Origin: an uncultured bacterium
GTDB taxonomy: Bacteria > Verrucomicrobiota > Verrucomicrobiia > Limisphaerales > UBA8199
Direction of reading: 5' to 3'
DNA: 64,000 nucleotides
NCBI GenBank assembly: GCA_963749495.1
Contig: CAVVMW010000004.1
Location: 192,001 to 256,000, forward strand
Shown: one piece after another, positions 21,050 to 30,352 of the stretch
Layout: every line of letters begins with the position of its first letter
Position numbering within the stretch: the stretch's first letter is position 1
Notes under the pieces: model-generated
What the model saw: the letters and a program-made list of their open reading frames with translations, nothing else
Databases searched by the model: none
Told to the model about the DNA's origin: nothing
Position numbers and translations under genes: made by a program

Positions 21050-22076
21050 CTAAATTGGCGGTCTGTTCGTCTTGGCCTTCCGTGGCCCGTCGAACAACCG
21101 GGCTTGGATGGCGAGGCGTTCGCCGCTCAATTGGTTTCTTTGGCGGGTGAGCGCCCGTCTTATCGCTAACCCGACAGCTTTGGCCACGAGGGGTGGAAAG
21201 GCGTTTCCCACCTGGCGATAAGCGATGGTCTTGCCACCGACGAAGTCCCACTCGTCCGGGAAGCTTTGGATGCGAGCGACCATTCTAACAGTCAGCCTCG
21301 GGAAACCTTCTTCAGGGAAGTTCTCATCGGGAGCAGCGTCAGCGATACCCAGGCCGTCAACACGGAACTCACGCCACTGTTTGCGAGCCCGTGTGGGGCC
21401 GAGATCTGGGCCTCCGTGTTTCTTGGAGCCGCCGACGATGGTGGGTGCGATGCCTTCGGCGCGCCGCGCCCAGGCTTCAGCGCCGGGCCACCCATTTGCG
21501 CCCATGAGGTCCACGAGCGTCTCGCCCACACTCCGGTAGGGGCCGGTGGGCTCCGGCCGACTCGAGAAACTCCGCATCACGGGGCTGGAGGGCTACCAGG
21601 AGGAAGCGGGGACGGAGTTGGGGGACGCCATAGTCGAATGCCTGGAGGACCTTCCATTCGGGCTGGTACCCCAGTCTGGAGAGTTTGGCCAGAAGGTCAC
21701 GCCGGTAGTGTTCAAACCTTGCTGAGGCGAGGCCTGGAACGTTTTCGAAAAGAACGGCCCTTGGCTTCACCCTTTCGACTATTGATATGGCCGCGGGGAA
21801 CATGTCGCGTTCATCGTCGGCACCGAGTTGCTTTCCAGCGATGCTGAAAGGGGGGCATGGAACACCGCCCGCGAGGAGGTCTATGCCGGTGAACTTCTCG
21901 GCGGGGAAGACGCGGATGTCCTCTTGGTAGGTGTTCCAGTGCGGGCGGTTCTTTCGCAGCGTTGTGCAGAAGTTGGGCTCGTATTCCACCAAGGCTTCGT
22001 GGTGGAATCCGGCCATCTCGAGCCCGAGGGCTTGGCCTCCCCCCCCGGCGCAAAGTTCAACTGCTGAAAAGCTCAT
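21050..22076 (-). CDS. DNA (cytosine-5) methyltransferase, frameshift near 21560
   Basis: ELCAGGGG (I), GGVPCPPFS (IV), ENV (VI), PQLRPR (VIII) in 21477-22076; RIQSFP and RQVGNAFPP (IX/X) in 21050-21580. Confidence 0.92.
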
Positions 22077-22531
22077 TTCTTTGAGGTGACTTTACCAGCA
22101 CGGCCTTCGGTTTGCGAGAGTGGACTTCTTGCGAGTGCCTGCTTGATTTTGGAGACAATGGCGGTTGGGTTTTGCAGGTCGTGCTCCCAGAAGCGTAGCA
22201 CAGTCCGACCCGCCCTGCGGAGTGCGGTTGCTACAGCCCTATCCCGCGTCTTGTTGCGGGCCAACTTCGGCGCCCAGTACCAGGTGTTGCTGCCGGGATT
22301 GCGGCCGTGTTTAGGGCACCCGTGCCAGAAGCAGCCGTCAACGAAGATGGCAAGCCGGTCGCGCCGGAATACGAAATCGGGGCGGCCTGCCAGGGGCTGA
22401 TGCCGTCGCCAGCCGGTGACGCGGGCGGCGCGCAGAATGGCCGCGAGCTTTAGTTCGGTGTCCCTGTTGCCGCGGGAGCGGATGGCGGCCATAACCTGGC
22501 TGCGCTTTCGCTTTGTGAATACGTCGGGCAC
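22073..22531 (-). CDS. vsr: Very short patch repair endonuclease
   Basis: RSQVMAAI, GRPDF, IFVDGCFWHGCP, WEH motifs. Confidence 0.95.
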   Translation of the reverse strand: MPDVFTKRKRSQVMAAIRSRGNRDTELKLAAILRAARVTGWRRHQPLAGRPDFVFRRDRLAIFVDGCFWHGCPKHGRNPGSNTWYWAPKLARNKTRDRAVATALRRAGRTVLRFWEHDLQNPTAIVSKIKQALARSPLSQTEGRAGKVTSKK

Positions 22532-22579
22532 TGGCGGAATATAGCAGGATTGGGCGGTTTGGTTAATGAAAAACAGACT

Positions 22580-22983
22580 GGCGCCGCGATCGTCGTCTGG
22601 CGGTAGCCGCCCCAGGTCTGGTCAAACCATCCTTCCCGCAGCACGGGCGGTTGGTCGTCCACGCGGACGCTCGCCTGGCCCATCGGACCGCGGAAGTGCC
22701 AGTCCATGAGCAGGATGGCTTGGCCCGCCACCTCGAATTGGATCACGCTGCCCGGCGGGTCGGCTTTCCAGTACTTGTCTCCCCGCTGTTTGGACTCGCA
22801 ACTCCAGCCCTGCCACGTGAACCGATTCGGCGCCTGGGTCGTGACCTCGTGGCCGGAGCACCTGGCGCGCGAACTCCACATCATCGACGTTGAGAGCTTG
22901 CGCTGAGAAAAGCACACTCGGCGGGCGGCCCACTGATGCTCCACGCGGACCTTGCCGCCGAAATCGGCGCACCACGCGGGCAA
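22580..22983 (-). pseudogene. C-terminal fragment of a secreted hydrolase (possibly SGNH-associated)
   Basis: Protein-like WKADPPGSVIQFEV...GPMGQASVRVDD...GWFDQTWGG with no proper start or end. Confidence 0.4.
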
Positions 22984-23327
22984 TCGGCCTCCAACTCGGC
23001 CAACAGGATGCTCAGCCCGGCGGCGTCAAGCCTCGTAGGCGGCACCCAAATCCTCGGCTAAGAATTCTTGAAACCCTGAATTCGGTTGCGTCGCATGGCC
23101 CGGCGGCATTGATCTGTGCCGAGACACGATGCATCGCACTATGGCCGGATGCGAATCCCAGGCGGCGCTCCCTCGGTCCGGGGGCTGAGGGCGTCAGCTT
23201 CCCTTGACACTCCGCCGGCGCTCGCGCTCGCGCCACTCATGGCCGGGCGCGGTGTTTATCTCAGAACGAAACGGGGTTGGTGTGGTCAAAGCATTATTGC
23301 GGGAAGGCGCCAAACCGGATCAACGCG

Positions 23328-24311
23328 ATGAACGACATTTCACCCCAGGAGGTCAGCCAACTCTATGGCCGGATCACGGCGGAGTTGGGGCGGGTGATCG
23401 TGGGCCAGGACCAGGTGGTGAAGTTGTTGCTGGTGAGCCTGTTCGCGCGGGGGCATTGCCTGCTGGTGGGAGTGCCGGGCCTGGCCAAGACGCTCATCGT
23501 GCGGGCGCTCTCGGAGATCCTCCAGTTGAGCTTCAAGCGCATCCAATTCACGCCGGACCTGATGCCGGCGGACATCATCGGCTCGGAGGTCCTCCAGGAA
23601 CGCGAGCGGCGGCTCGAATATGAATACAAGCCGGGCCCCGTCTTCGCCAACCTGATCCTGGCCGACGAGATCAACCGGACGCCGCCCAAGACCCAGGCGG
23701 CCTTGCTCGAGGCGATGCAGGAACACAAGGTCACCGTGGGCGGCCAATCGCGTCCGCTGCCCGACCCCTTCCTGGTGGTGGCGACCCAAAATCCGATCGA
23801 GCAGGAAGGGACCTATCCCTTGCCGGAGGCGCAACTGGACCGGTTCATGTTCTCGCTTTACCTGGATTACCCGGCCAAGGCGGAGGAGACGGAGGTGGTG
23901 AAACGGACGACGTTGCGGGAGTTGCCGGCGCTCGAGCCGACGGTCGCCGCCGAGGACCTGCTCCGGGTGCAGCGGTTGGTGCTGGCTGCGCCCGTGTCCG
24001 ATCACGTGGTCGATTACGCGGTCTCACTGTCCGCCGCCACGCGCCCGGGCAGCCCCGACGGCCTGCAAGTGGCGCGGGACTTCGTGGAATGGGGGGCAGG
24101 CCCGCGCGCCTCGCAGTACCTGATCCTGGGCGCCAAGGCGCTGGCCCTGCTGGACGGCAAGATCACTCCCGAGACTGCCGACGTGCGCCAGGTGGCCGTG
24201 CACGTCCTCCAGCACCGGGTCATCACCAACTACCGGGCCACCGGCGCCGGCAAGAAATCGCGTGACATCGTCAAAAATGTCATCGAGCAGGTGAGGGAAC
24301 TGGCGTATTGA
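23328..24311 (+). CDS. moxR: MoxR-family AAA+ ATPase
   Basis: GVPGLAKT Walker A, RIQFTPDLMPADI, LADEINR, ATQNPIEQEGTYPLPEAQLDRF. Confidence 0.95.
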   Translation: MNDISPQEVSQLYGRITAELGRVIVGQDQVVKLLLVSLFARGHCLLVGVPGLAKTLIVRALSEILQLSFKRIQFTPDLMPADIIGSEVLQERERRLEYEYKPGPVFANLILADEINRTPPKTQAALLEAMQEHKVTVGGQSRPLPDPFLVVATQNPIEQEGTYPLPEAQLDRFMFSLYLDYPAKAEETEVVKRTTLRELPALEPTVAAEDLLRVQRLVLAAPVSDHVVDYAVSLSAATRPGSPDGLQVARDFVEWGAGPRASQYLILGAKALALLDGKITPETADVRQVAVHVLQHRVITNYRATGAGKKSRDIVKNVIEQVRELAY

Positions 24312-24317
24312 GCCGCA

Positions 24318-25412
24318 ATGAACGATCCTTTGCGCAAACCGCCGGCAATCGGGGGGCGGAGCGGGACGTGGGGCGCGGGAGTGCCGCTGCCGCCGCCTCC
24401 GAGAATCCCGCCGCCGCCGCGGATTCCAGCGCCGCCTCGCATCCCGCCCGGTTCGCGCGTGCCCGCGGCGATGGCGCGGCTCTACCCGCGACAGCCTCCG
24501 GTGGCCAGCCGCCACTCGCTGCTGCTGCCGGAGGAGTTGGAGCGGTTCAAGAACCTCCTGGTCTTTGCCCGCGCGACGGTCGAGGGCTATTTCATCGGCA
24601 AACACAAGTCGCCCTACCGGGGCTCGTCGGTGGAGTTCACCGATTACAAGGACTACGTGCCGGGCGACGAGATGAACCGGATCGATTGGCGGGCCTACGG
24701 GCGGACGCGGCGGCTCTTCGTGCGCCAGTACGAGGCGGAGACAGACATGGTAGTGTACCTGCTGCTGGACGTGAGCGCCTCGATGAGCTACGCGGGGGCG
24801 GGGCGGCAGTCGAAGTACCTGGTGGCGGCCAAGATAGCGGCGGCCCTGGCCTACCTGATGCTCCACCAGGGCGACAAGGCGGCGCTGGTGATGTTTTCCG
24901 ACACGCTAAACCGGTTTTTGGCCCCGGGCGGCACGCGCCGCCACCTGCACAACCTGGTGACCGAACTGGAGCGCGTCGAGCCCGCCTCGACCACGGGCAT
25001 CGCCCCCGCCCTCCAGGAGTGCGATTCCCTGTTCAAGAAACGCGGGCGCCTGGTCATCCTCTCGGATTTCTGGACGGACCTGCCCGGTTTCCTCGATGCC
25101 CTGGGCCGGTTCCAGCACCGGAAGTTCGAGATCCTGTTGCTGCACGTGCTGGACCCCGATGAGCTGAGCCTGCCCCCGGCCCAGGCGGCGCGCTTCCAGG
25201 ACTTGGAGACGCGGGAGGAGGTCCAGGTCGAGTTGGACGAGATCCGCGCCGCCTACCGTGCCGGCGTGCAGGCGCGCCTGGACCAACTCGCCGCCGAGGC
25301 CAACAACCGCGGCCTCAACCATGCCATTGTCAATACCGAAAACCCCTACCTCCAGGCCATCGAGGCCTACCTCGGGTTCAGGGGGCGAAACTTCTTCGGA
25401 AGGAGCGTATGA
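24318..25412 (+). CDS. DUF58 (vWA-like) protein with Pro-rich N-terminus
   Basis: G.HKSPYRGSSVEF..YKDY.PGDE..RIDW, LDVSASM, LSDF. Confidence 0.92.
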   Translation: MNDPLRKPPAIGGRSGTWGAGVPLPPPPRIPPPPRIPAPPRIPPGSRVPAAMARLYPRQPPVASRHSLLLPEELERFKNLLVFARATVEGYFIGKHKSPYRGSSVEFTDYKDYVPGDEMNRIDWRAYGRTRRLFVRQYEAETDMVVYLLLDVSASMSYAGAGRQSKYLVAAKIAAALAYLMLHQGDKAALVMFSDTLNRFLAPGGTRRHLHNLVTELERVEPASTTGIAPALQECDSLFKKRGRLVILSDFWTDLPGFLDALGRFQHRKFEILLLHVLDPDELSLPPAQAARFQDLETREEVQVELDEIRAAYRAGVQARLDQLAAEANNRGLNHAIVNTENPYLQAIEAYLGFRGRNFFGRSV

Positions 25413-25426
25413 GGCAAGGGCTCAAG

Positions 25427-25634
25427 GAATGACGAATGACGAATGACGAATGACGAAGGCGGAATTTGGCGGACGCCGAAATCCGAATCTCAAAACCCGA
25501 AAGTCGAATGTTCAAAACGCGTGCGCCAGACTGGATTCGGACGTTTTCAGGCTGAATATTGGCGTTGATATGGATTGCAGATTTCAAATCTCAGGTTTCT
25601 CGTCATTCGTCATTCGTCATTCGTCATTCGTCAC
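25427..25634. repeat. Inverted heptamer tandem arrays
   Basis: (GAATGAC)x4 at 25427-25454 facing (TCGTCAT)x4 at 25600-25627. Confidence 0.85.
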
Positions 25635-25670
25635 TTGCGAAACTCCAGGCCCCAACGGCCCTTCCCCCGC

Positions 25671-27752
25671 ATGACCTTCGCCAGCTCAGCCTTGTTTAGT
25701 GTCCTGGTGGCGGCCCTGGCGCTGCCGCTGGTGATTCATTTGCTGAACAAGAGCTTTCCGCGCTTTTTGCGGTTTCCGTCGATCGAGCTGATCAAGCAGA
25801 CGATGTCGCAGCGTTCGCGGCTCTACCGGTGGCGGCACTGGATTCTGCTGCTGCTGCGGACGGCGTTTTTGGCGCTGCTGCTGCTGGCCTTTTTGCGGCC
25901 GGTGCTGAGGCGGTTTGGGGACCCGGCGGGCCGGGAGGCGCGGCGGGTGCTGATTGTGGTGGACCACTCGGTGAGCATGGAGCACCGGGGAGACGGACCC
26001 ACCTCCAGGGAGCGGGCCGCCCACGAGGCGCTCAAGCTCATCGAGTCGCTCGGCGCCCAGGACGCCGTCAACGTGCTGTTGATGGACACAAGCCCAACGA
26101 CCTGTTTCGCGGATTTTTCGAGGGACTTCGGTGAGGCCAAGCGCTTTTTGGGCCGGCTGGGGCCGGGCCTGGGCCGGGCGGACGTGAACCTGGCCACCGG
26201 GCTGGCGGCGCGGCTGGTGGCCAAGGCGGCGGGGCGGCCGGAGGTCTATTACTTGTCGGATTTCCAACGGAAGAACTGGGCGAACGCGAACTTCACGGCC
26301 CTGCCACCGGCGGTGCGGCTGTTTTTCGTGGACGTCGGCCCGGTACACCGGGACAACCGGGCGATCCTGGGCGCGCGGGTGTCGCAGGCGCATGTCCTGG
26401 CCGGGGACACGGTCATGCTCGAGGCGACAGTGGGGAACTTCAGCGGGGAGAGTTTTGCGGGGCGGGTGACGGTGACGATTGACAAGCGGTTGAGCTTCGA
26501 TCAGGAGGTTGTCATTGAGCCGTGGTCGGAGGCGAAGGTCTCGGTGCCGGTGTCTGCGGGCGGGCCGGGGATGCACTTGTGCGAGGTGACGCTGCCGCCC
26601 GACGCGCTGGAGTACGACAACCATTTCTGCCTGGCGCTCCCGGTGCAGGAGAAGGAGGAGGTGCTGATCGTGACGGACGGCGCGGGCGACTCCAAGAGCG
26701 GGGCTTATTTCCTCAAGACGGCCCTCAATCCATTCGAGAACGAGGCGGGCTCGCTGCTGCCCCGCATCATCGGGTCGAGCGAACTGACGCCCAGCCGCCT
26801 GGCCGGGGTGCGGAAGGTCTTTTTCACGGAGTTGAACCGCCTGAACGCCGCGGCCTGCGCCGCCACGGCCAAGTTCCTTTTTGAGGGCGGCGGGCTGGTC
26901 TATTTCCTGGACGGCCGCGCAGACGCCGAGAACCTGGCGGCGCTGGAAAAGGGGATTGGCCCAAACACGATGCCGATGCGCCTGTCCAAACGGCGCAGCG
27001 CCACCAACGTGGTCAGCGGCGCCCAACAGGTCGTGCGCGGCGACTTCAAGTCGCGCTACCTCAAGCTCTTCCAGGGCCCGGCGCGGCAGAACCTGGCCCT
27101 GCTCGAGTTCTATGACTATTACCAGGCCAGCGCCACCGGCGCCGGCTCGGTCCTGCTGGCCTATGGCGAGGAATCCCCCGCCGTGGCCGCCCTCCATCAC
27201 GGCCTGGGCACGATGCTCCTGCTCAATTTCTCCGCCGGCGAACTCTCCAGCAACCTCGCCCGCCAGCGGCTCTTTCCCGCCTGGGTCCAGGACCTGGTCA
27301 AGGCCCTCTCGGCCGACGAACCGCCCCCGGCCTCCTACACCATCGGCGAGACCCTCCACACCGAGGTCTGGCGCAGCGAGATGCGCAACCTGGACTTCCG
27401 GGCCCCTTCCGGCGCCCCGGTCACGGTCCGCCGCCAACTCACCGGCGAGCGCTACGCTGTCTCTTTCACCCCCAATCAACTCGGCTTTTACACCTTGGGC
27501 GCCCCGCGCCCGCTCTATGCCTTCGGCATCAACACCAGCCCCGACGAGGCGGACCTGCGCCCGATCGATAAAGACGCGCTCCCCAGGGACTTCGCCGCCG
27601 AGCACGAGGCCCACTTCGTGGCGGGCGCGGAGGACTTCGAGGAATTGGCCAAGGGCAAACCCATCTTCCACTGGTTCATCCTGGGCGCTGTGGGGTTTCT
27701 GGTCCTGGAAAGCGGGTTCCAGTTTTTCCTCAGAACGAGGGCCAGGGCATGA
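25671..27752 (+). CDS. BatA-like N-terminal double-TM plus vWA domain protein
   Basis: LPLVIHLL...FPS...LLLLR...RP, DHSVSM MIDAS, LSDFQ, DALEYDN, C-terminal TM. Confidence 0.85.
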   Translation: MTFASSALFSVLVAALALPLVIHLLNKSFPRFLRFPSIELIKQTMSQRSRLYRWRHWILLLLRTAFLALLLLAFLRPVLRRFGDPAGREARRVLIVVDHSVSMEHRGDGPTSRERAAHEALKLIESLGAQDAVNVLLMDTSPTTCFADFSRDFGEAKRFLGRLGPGLGRADVNLATGLAARLVAKAAGRPEVYYLSDFQRKNWANANFTALPPAVRLFFVDVGPVHRDNRAILGARVSQAHVLAGDTVMLEATVGNFSGESFAGRVTVTIDKRLSFDQEVVIEPWSEAKVSVPVSAGGPGMHLCEVTLPPDALEYDNHFCLALPVQEKEEVLIVTDGAGDSKSGAYFLKTALNPFENEAGSLLPRIIGSSELTPSRLAGVRKVFFTELNRLNAAACAATAKFLFEGGGLVYFLDGRADAENLAALEKGIGPNTMPMRLSKRRSATNVVSGAQQVVRGDFKSRYLKLFQGPARQNLALLEFYDYYQASATGAGSVLLAYGEESPAVAALHHGLGTMLLLNFSAGELSSNLARQRLFPAWVQDLVKALSADEPPPASYTIGETLHTEVWRSEMRNLDFRAPSGAPVTVRRQLTGERYAVSFTPNQLGFYTLGAPRPLYAFGINTSPDEADLRPIDKDALPRDFAAEHEAHFVAGAEDFEELAKGKPIFHWFILGAVGFLVLESGFQFFLRTRARA

Positions 27753-30352
27753 AATCTGGATCTCGCACCCTCCTCTGCTCGTCAGACCAGTCCGACCGGT
27801 CTGACCGGTCTGACCGGCTGCGACTAAAAGCATCGGGCATGCGCCTCGGGAGTTTTGTCCCGGAGGGACATCTGACAATAGCCCGGCGTTTCAACGCCGG
27901 GGAGGCCACAAAAGGGACCCTCGTCCCGAAGGGACGACTGAGAACACTCCTTGCTTTCAGCCGTCCCTTCGGGACGGACCTGCTCCTTGGGTCCGCTCAC
28001 CCGGCGTTGAAACGCCGGGCTATTGTCGGAAGCCCCTTCGGGGCAAAAAGGCATGGTGGGCTGGCCGACAGTCTTAATCGCACCTGGTCCGGCCAGTCTG
28101 CCCGGTGGGGGGCGCTCGCTCTGGCATTGGCTCTGGCGCCCTTGAGCGCCCTGGCCCAGACCGAGGGCGGGCTGGTCCTGGACCCGATCCTTCCGGGGCC
28201 GTTGGTGGCGCTGCTGGCGGCGGTGTTGCTCGTCCTGAGCGCCCGCATCTATTTCAAGGTGGGGGGCACTCTCGGGGCCTGGCGCAGGTGGAGCCTGCTC
28301 CTCTTCCGGGCGGCGGGACTGGCGCTGGTGCTGGCGCTCCTGCTCCAGCCCTCGAGGCGGGAGTTGCTGCCCCCGCCATCCCGGGAGCGCGTTACCTTGA
28401 TCGGCCTGGACACCTCGCTGAGCATGAAGCAACGGGACGCCGAGCGCGCCACCCGGCTCGATGCGGCCAAGAACGCCCTCCTCAACGCCGGGTTGGTGGG
28501 GCGCAACGGCGTCCCCGAAAACCCGCGCTTGCGCTTCTTCGAGTTCGGCCCTGATGCCCAGCCGGTGGTCAAGTCCATCCTCGACCTCACGCCCAAAGGG
28601 CCGACCACGCGCCTGAACTCGTCAGTGCTCACTATGCTCAACACCCCCGCCGGCAGCGAGGAGCCAAATGCCCTCATCCTGCTCACCGACGGTCACGATT
28701 TCGAACTGGTCAACCCGGCCCGCACGGGCGCCGCCGCCCGCGCCCGGCAGGTGCCCATCTATGCCGTGCCCCTGGGCAAACAGGGAAAAGTCCGGGACGT
28801 CTCGGTGCGCATCACGGCATTCCAGCCCTATTGTTACGTGAAACAGAACGCGCGGATAGCGGCGGCGCTGCGCCTGATCGGCTGCGAGTTCGAAGACCTC
28901 ACCGTGCAACTGCTCCGCCAGGGCCAAGTGGTCCAGACCAAACGCGTCAACGCCGAGGAACTGCAGGAACTGCCGGTCGAGTTCGAGGTGGCCGAAAACC
29001 AGGTCGGCCAGTACGAATACGAGGTGCGCGTGCCCCCGCTCGACAACGAGGTGGACACCGCCAACAACAGCGCCATCACCTACCTCAATGTCATCGATCA
29101 ACAGATCCACGTCCTGGTCATCGAGGGCGATCCGTACTGGGACACCACCTTCCTGCAGCGCTCGTTGATGCGCAACGACAAGTTCGACGTGGACGCGCTC
29201 ATTCGCTACAGCCGGGACCGGGTGCGGGCGTTGCGCAAGACCGAGTTGGCGGGACCCTTGCGCGTGCCGCAGACCCTCGAACAGTTCAGCCACTACGATG
29301 TCATCTTCCTGGGCCGGATGGTGGACCGGGTCCTCACCCCCGCCCAGGTAGTGCTCCTGGACCGTTACGCCCGCGATTGCAGCGGGACGGTCATCTTTGG
29401 CCGGGGCAGCGCCTTCGTGAATCCCGCGGCGGCCGGCGAACTCGAACCGGTCCTCTGGGGCGACAAGGCCGGGGCGCGGGTGCGCCTGGACGCCACCGCC
29501 GAGGGCCGGAACCTCGGGGCCTTTCGCGCCCTGGGCGAGGGCGCGGCCGGGCTGGAAACGCTGCCCGACCTGCTGAGCGGGCGCAAGGCGGCGGTGACCA
29601 AGCCGCTGACCTCGACCCTGGCCCTGGCGGCCGACCGCGAGGACGGCGCGGCGGCGCCGGCCGTGGTACACCGCCGCTACGGCACCGGCCAGGTCGTCAG
29701 CGTCGGCGTCGAGGGCTTCTGGCGCTGGGGCCTCAACTCCAAGGCCGACGGCCTCAACACCCCCTTTGACCGGTTCTGGGACCAGATGATTCTCTGGCTG
29801 TTGGCGGGACGCGATTTCATTCCCAGCCGCCAATTCTCGTTTCGCCCCAACTCGGCGAACATCCTCCTGGGCGAAAAGGTGTATTTCCATGTGACGATGC
29901 GCCAGGCGGACCCAAAGGTGGCGGCGGTGCCGCTCACGCTTTACCTGGGCGAGGCGGAGGTGGGGCGGGTCAATATGATGCCTGCGACGGCCCAAGGGGG
30001 CCGGCGAGGCGCGGAGTTCCTGCCCGAACGGGTCGGGCGCTACCGGGCGGTGGCGAAGTTTCCCGACGGCACATTGCAGGAATCGCGGTTCATCGTGTTC
30101 AACGAGAACCTCGAGGAGACCGAGGTGGCCACGGACGTCGTGGGGTTGAGGCGATTGTGCGAGAGCAGCGGCGGCAGCCTGGTCGAGGCGGGCCAGTTGG
30201 CGCGGCTGATCAAGGAATTGAGCGCCGAGGAGAACGAGGCCGCCCCGCAGGCGCACCTTTGCCCCGTGTGGAATCAGGCTTGGGTTTTCTACCTGGCGGG
30301 TCTATTATTGGGTTTGGACTGGTTTTTACGACGCAGGTGGGGCCTATGCTGA
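27749..30352 (+). CDS. Membrane protein with vWA and glutamine-amidotransferase-like domains; N-terminus contains an in-frame MITE
   Basis: DTSLSM, LLTDG, RYGTGQV...FWRW, C-terminal DWFLRRRWGL; ATGA-coupled start. Confidence 0.8.
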   Translation: MKSGSRTLLCSSDQSDRSDRSDRLRLKASGMRLGSFVPEGHLTIARRFNAGEATKGTLVPKGRLRTLLAFSRPFGTDLLLGSAHPALKRRAIVGSPFGAKRHGGLADSLNRTWSGQSARWGALALALALAPLSALAQTEGGLVLDPILPGPLVALLAAVLLVLSARIYFKVGGTLGAWRRWSLLLFRAAGLALVLALLLQPSRRELLPPPSRERVTLIGLDTSLSMKQRDAERATRLDAAKNALLNAGLVGRNGVPENPRLRFFEFGPDAQPVVKSILDLTPKGPTTRLNSSVLTMLNTPAGSEEPNALILLTDGHDFELVNPARTGAAARARQVPIYAVPLGKQGKVRDVSVRITAFQPYCYVKQNARIAAALRLIGCEFEDLTVQLLRQGQVVQTKRVNAEELQELPVEFEVAENQVGQYEYEVRVPPLDNEVDTANNSAITYLNVIDQQIHVLVIEGDPYWDTTFLQRSLMRNDKFDVDALIRYSRDRVRALRKTELAGPLRVPQTLEQFSHYDVIFLGRMVDRVLTPAQVVLLDRYARDCSGTVIFGRGSAFVNPAAAGELEPVLWGDKAGARVRLDATAEGRNLGAFRALGEGAAGLETLPDLLSGRKAAVTKPLTSTLALAADREDGAAAPAVVHRRYGTGQVVSVGVEGFWRWGLNSKADGLNTPFDRFWDQMILWLLAGRDFIPSRQFSFRPNSANILLGEKVYFHVTMRQADPKVAAVPLTLYLGEAEVGRVNMMPATAQGGRRGAEFLPERVGRYRAVAKFPDGTLQESRFIVFNENLEETEVATDVVGLRRLCESSGGSLVEAGQLARLIKELSAEENEAAPQAHLCPVWNQAWVFYLAGLLLGLDWFLRRRWGLC
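27816..28085. mobile_element. ~270-bp MITE/REP composite, copy 1
   Basis: Near-identical to 53844-54114 and to the reverse complement of 58397-58670; ends GGCTGCGACTA / TAATCGCACC. Confidence 0.85.

Noticed and set aside
25427..25634. Short tandem repeats as a CRISPR array
   Set aside because: 7-9-nt tandem units without unique spacers; no cas genes and no 25-45-nt regularly spaced repeats seen in the window
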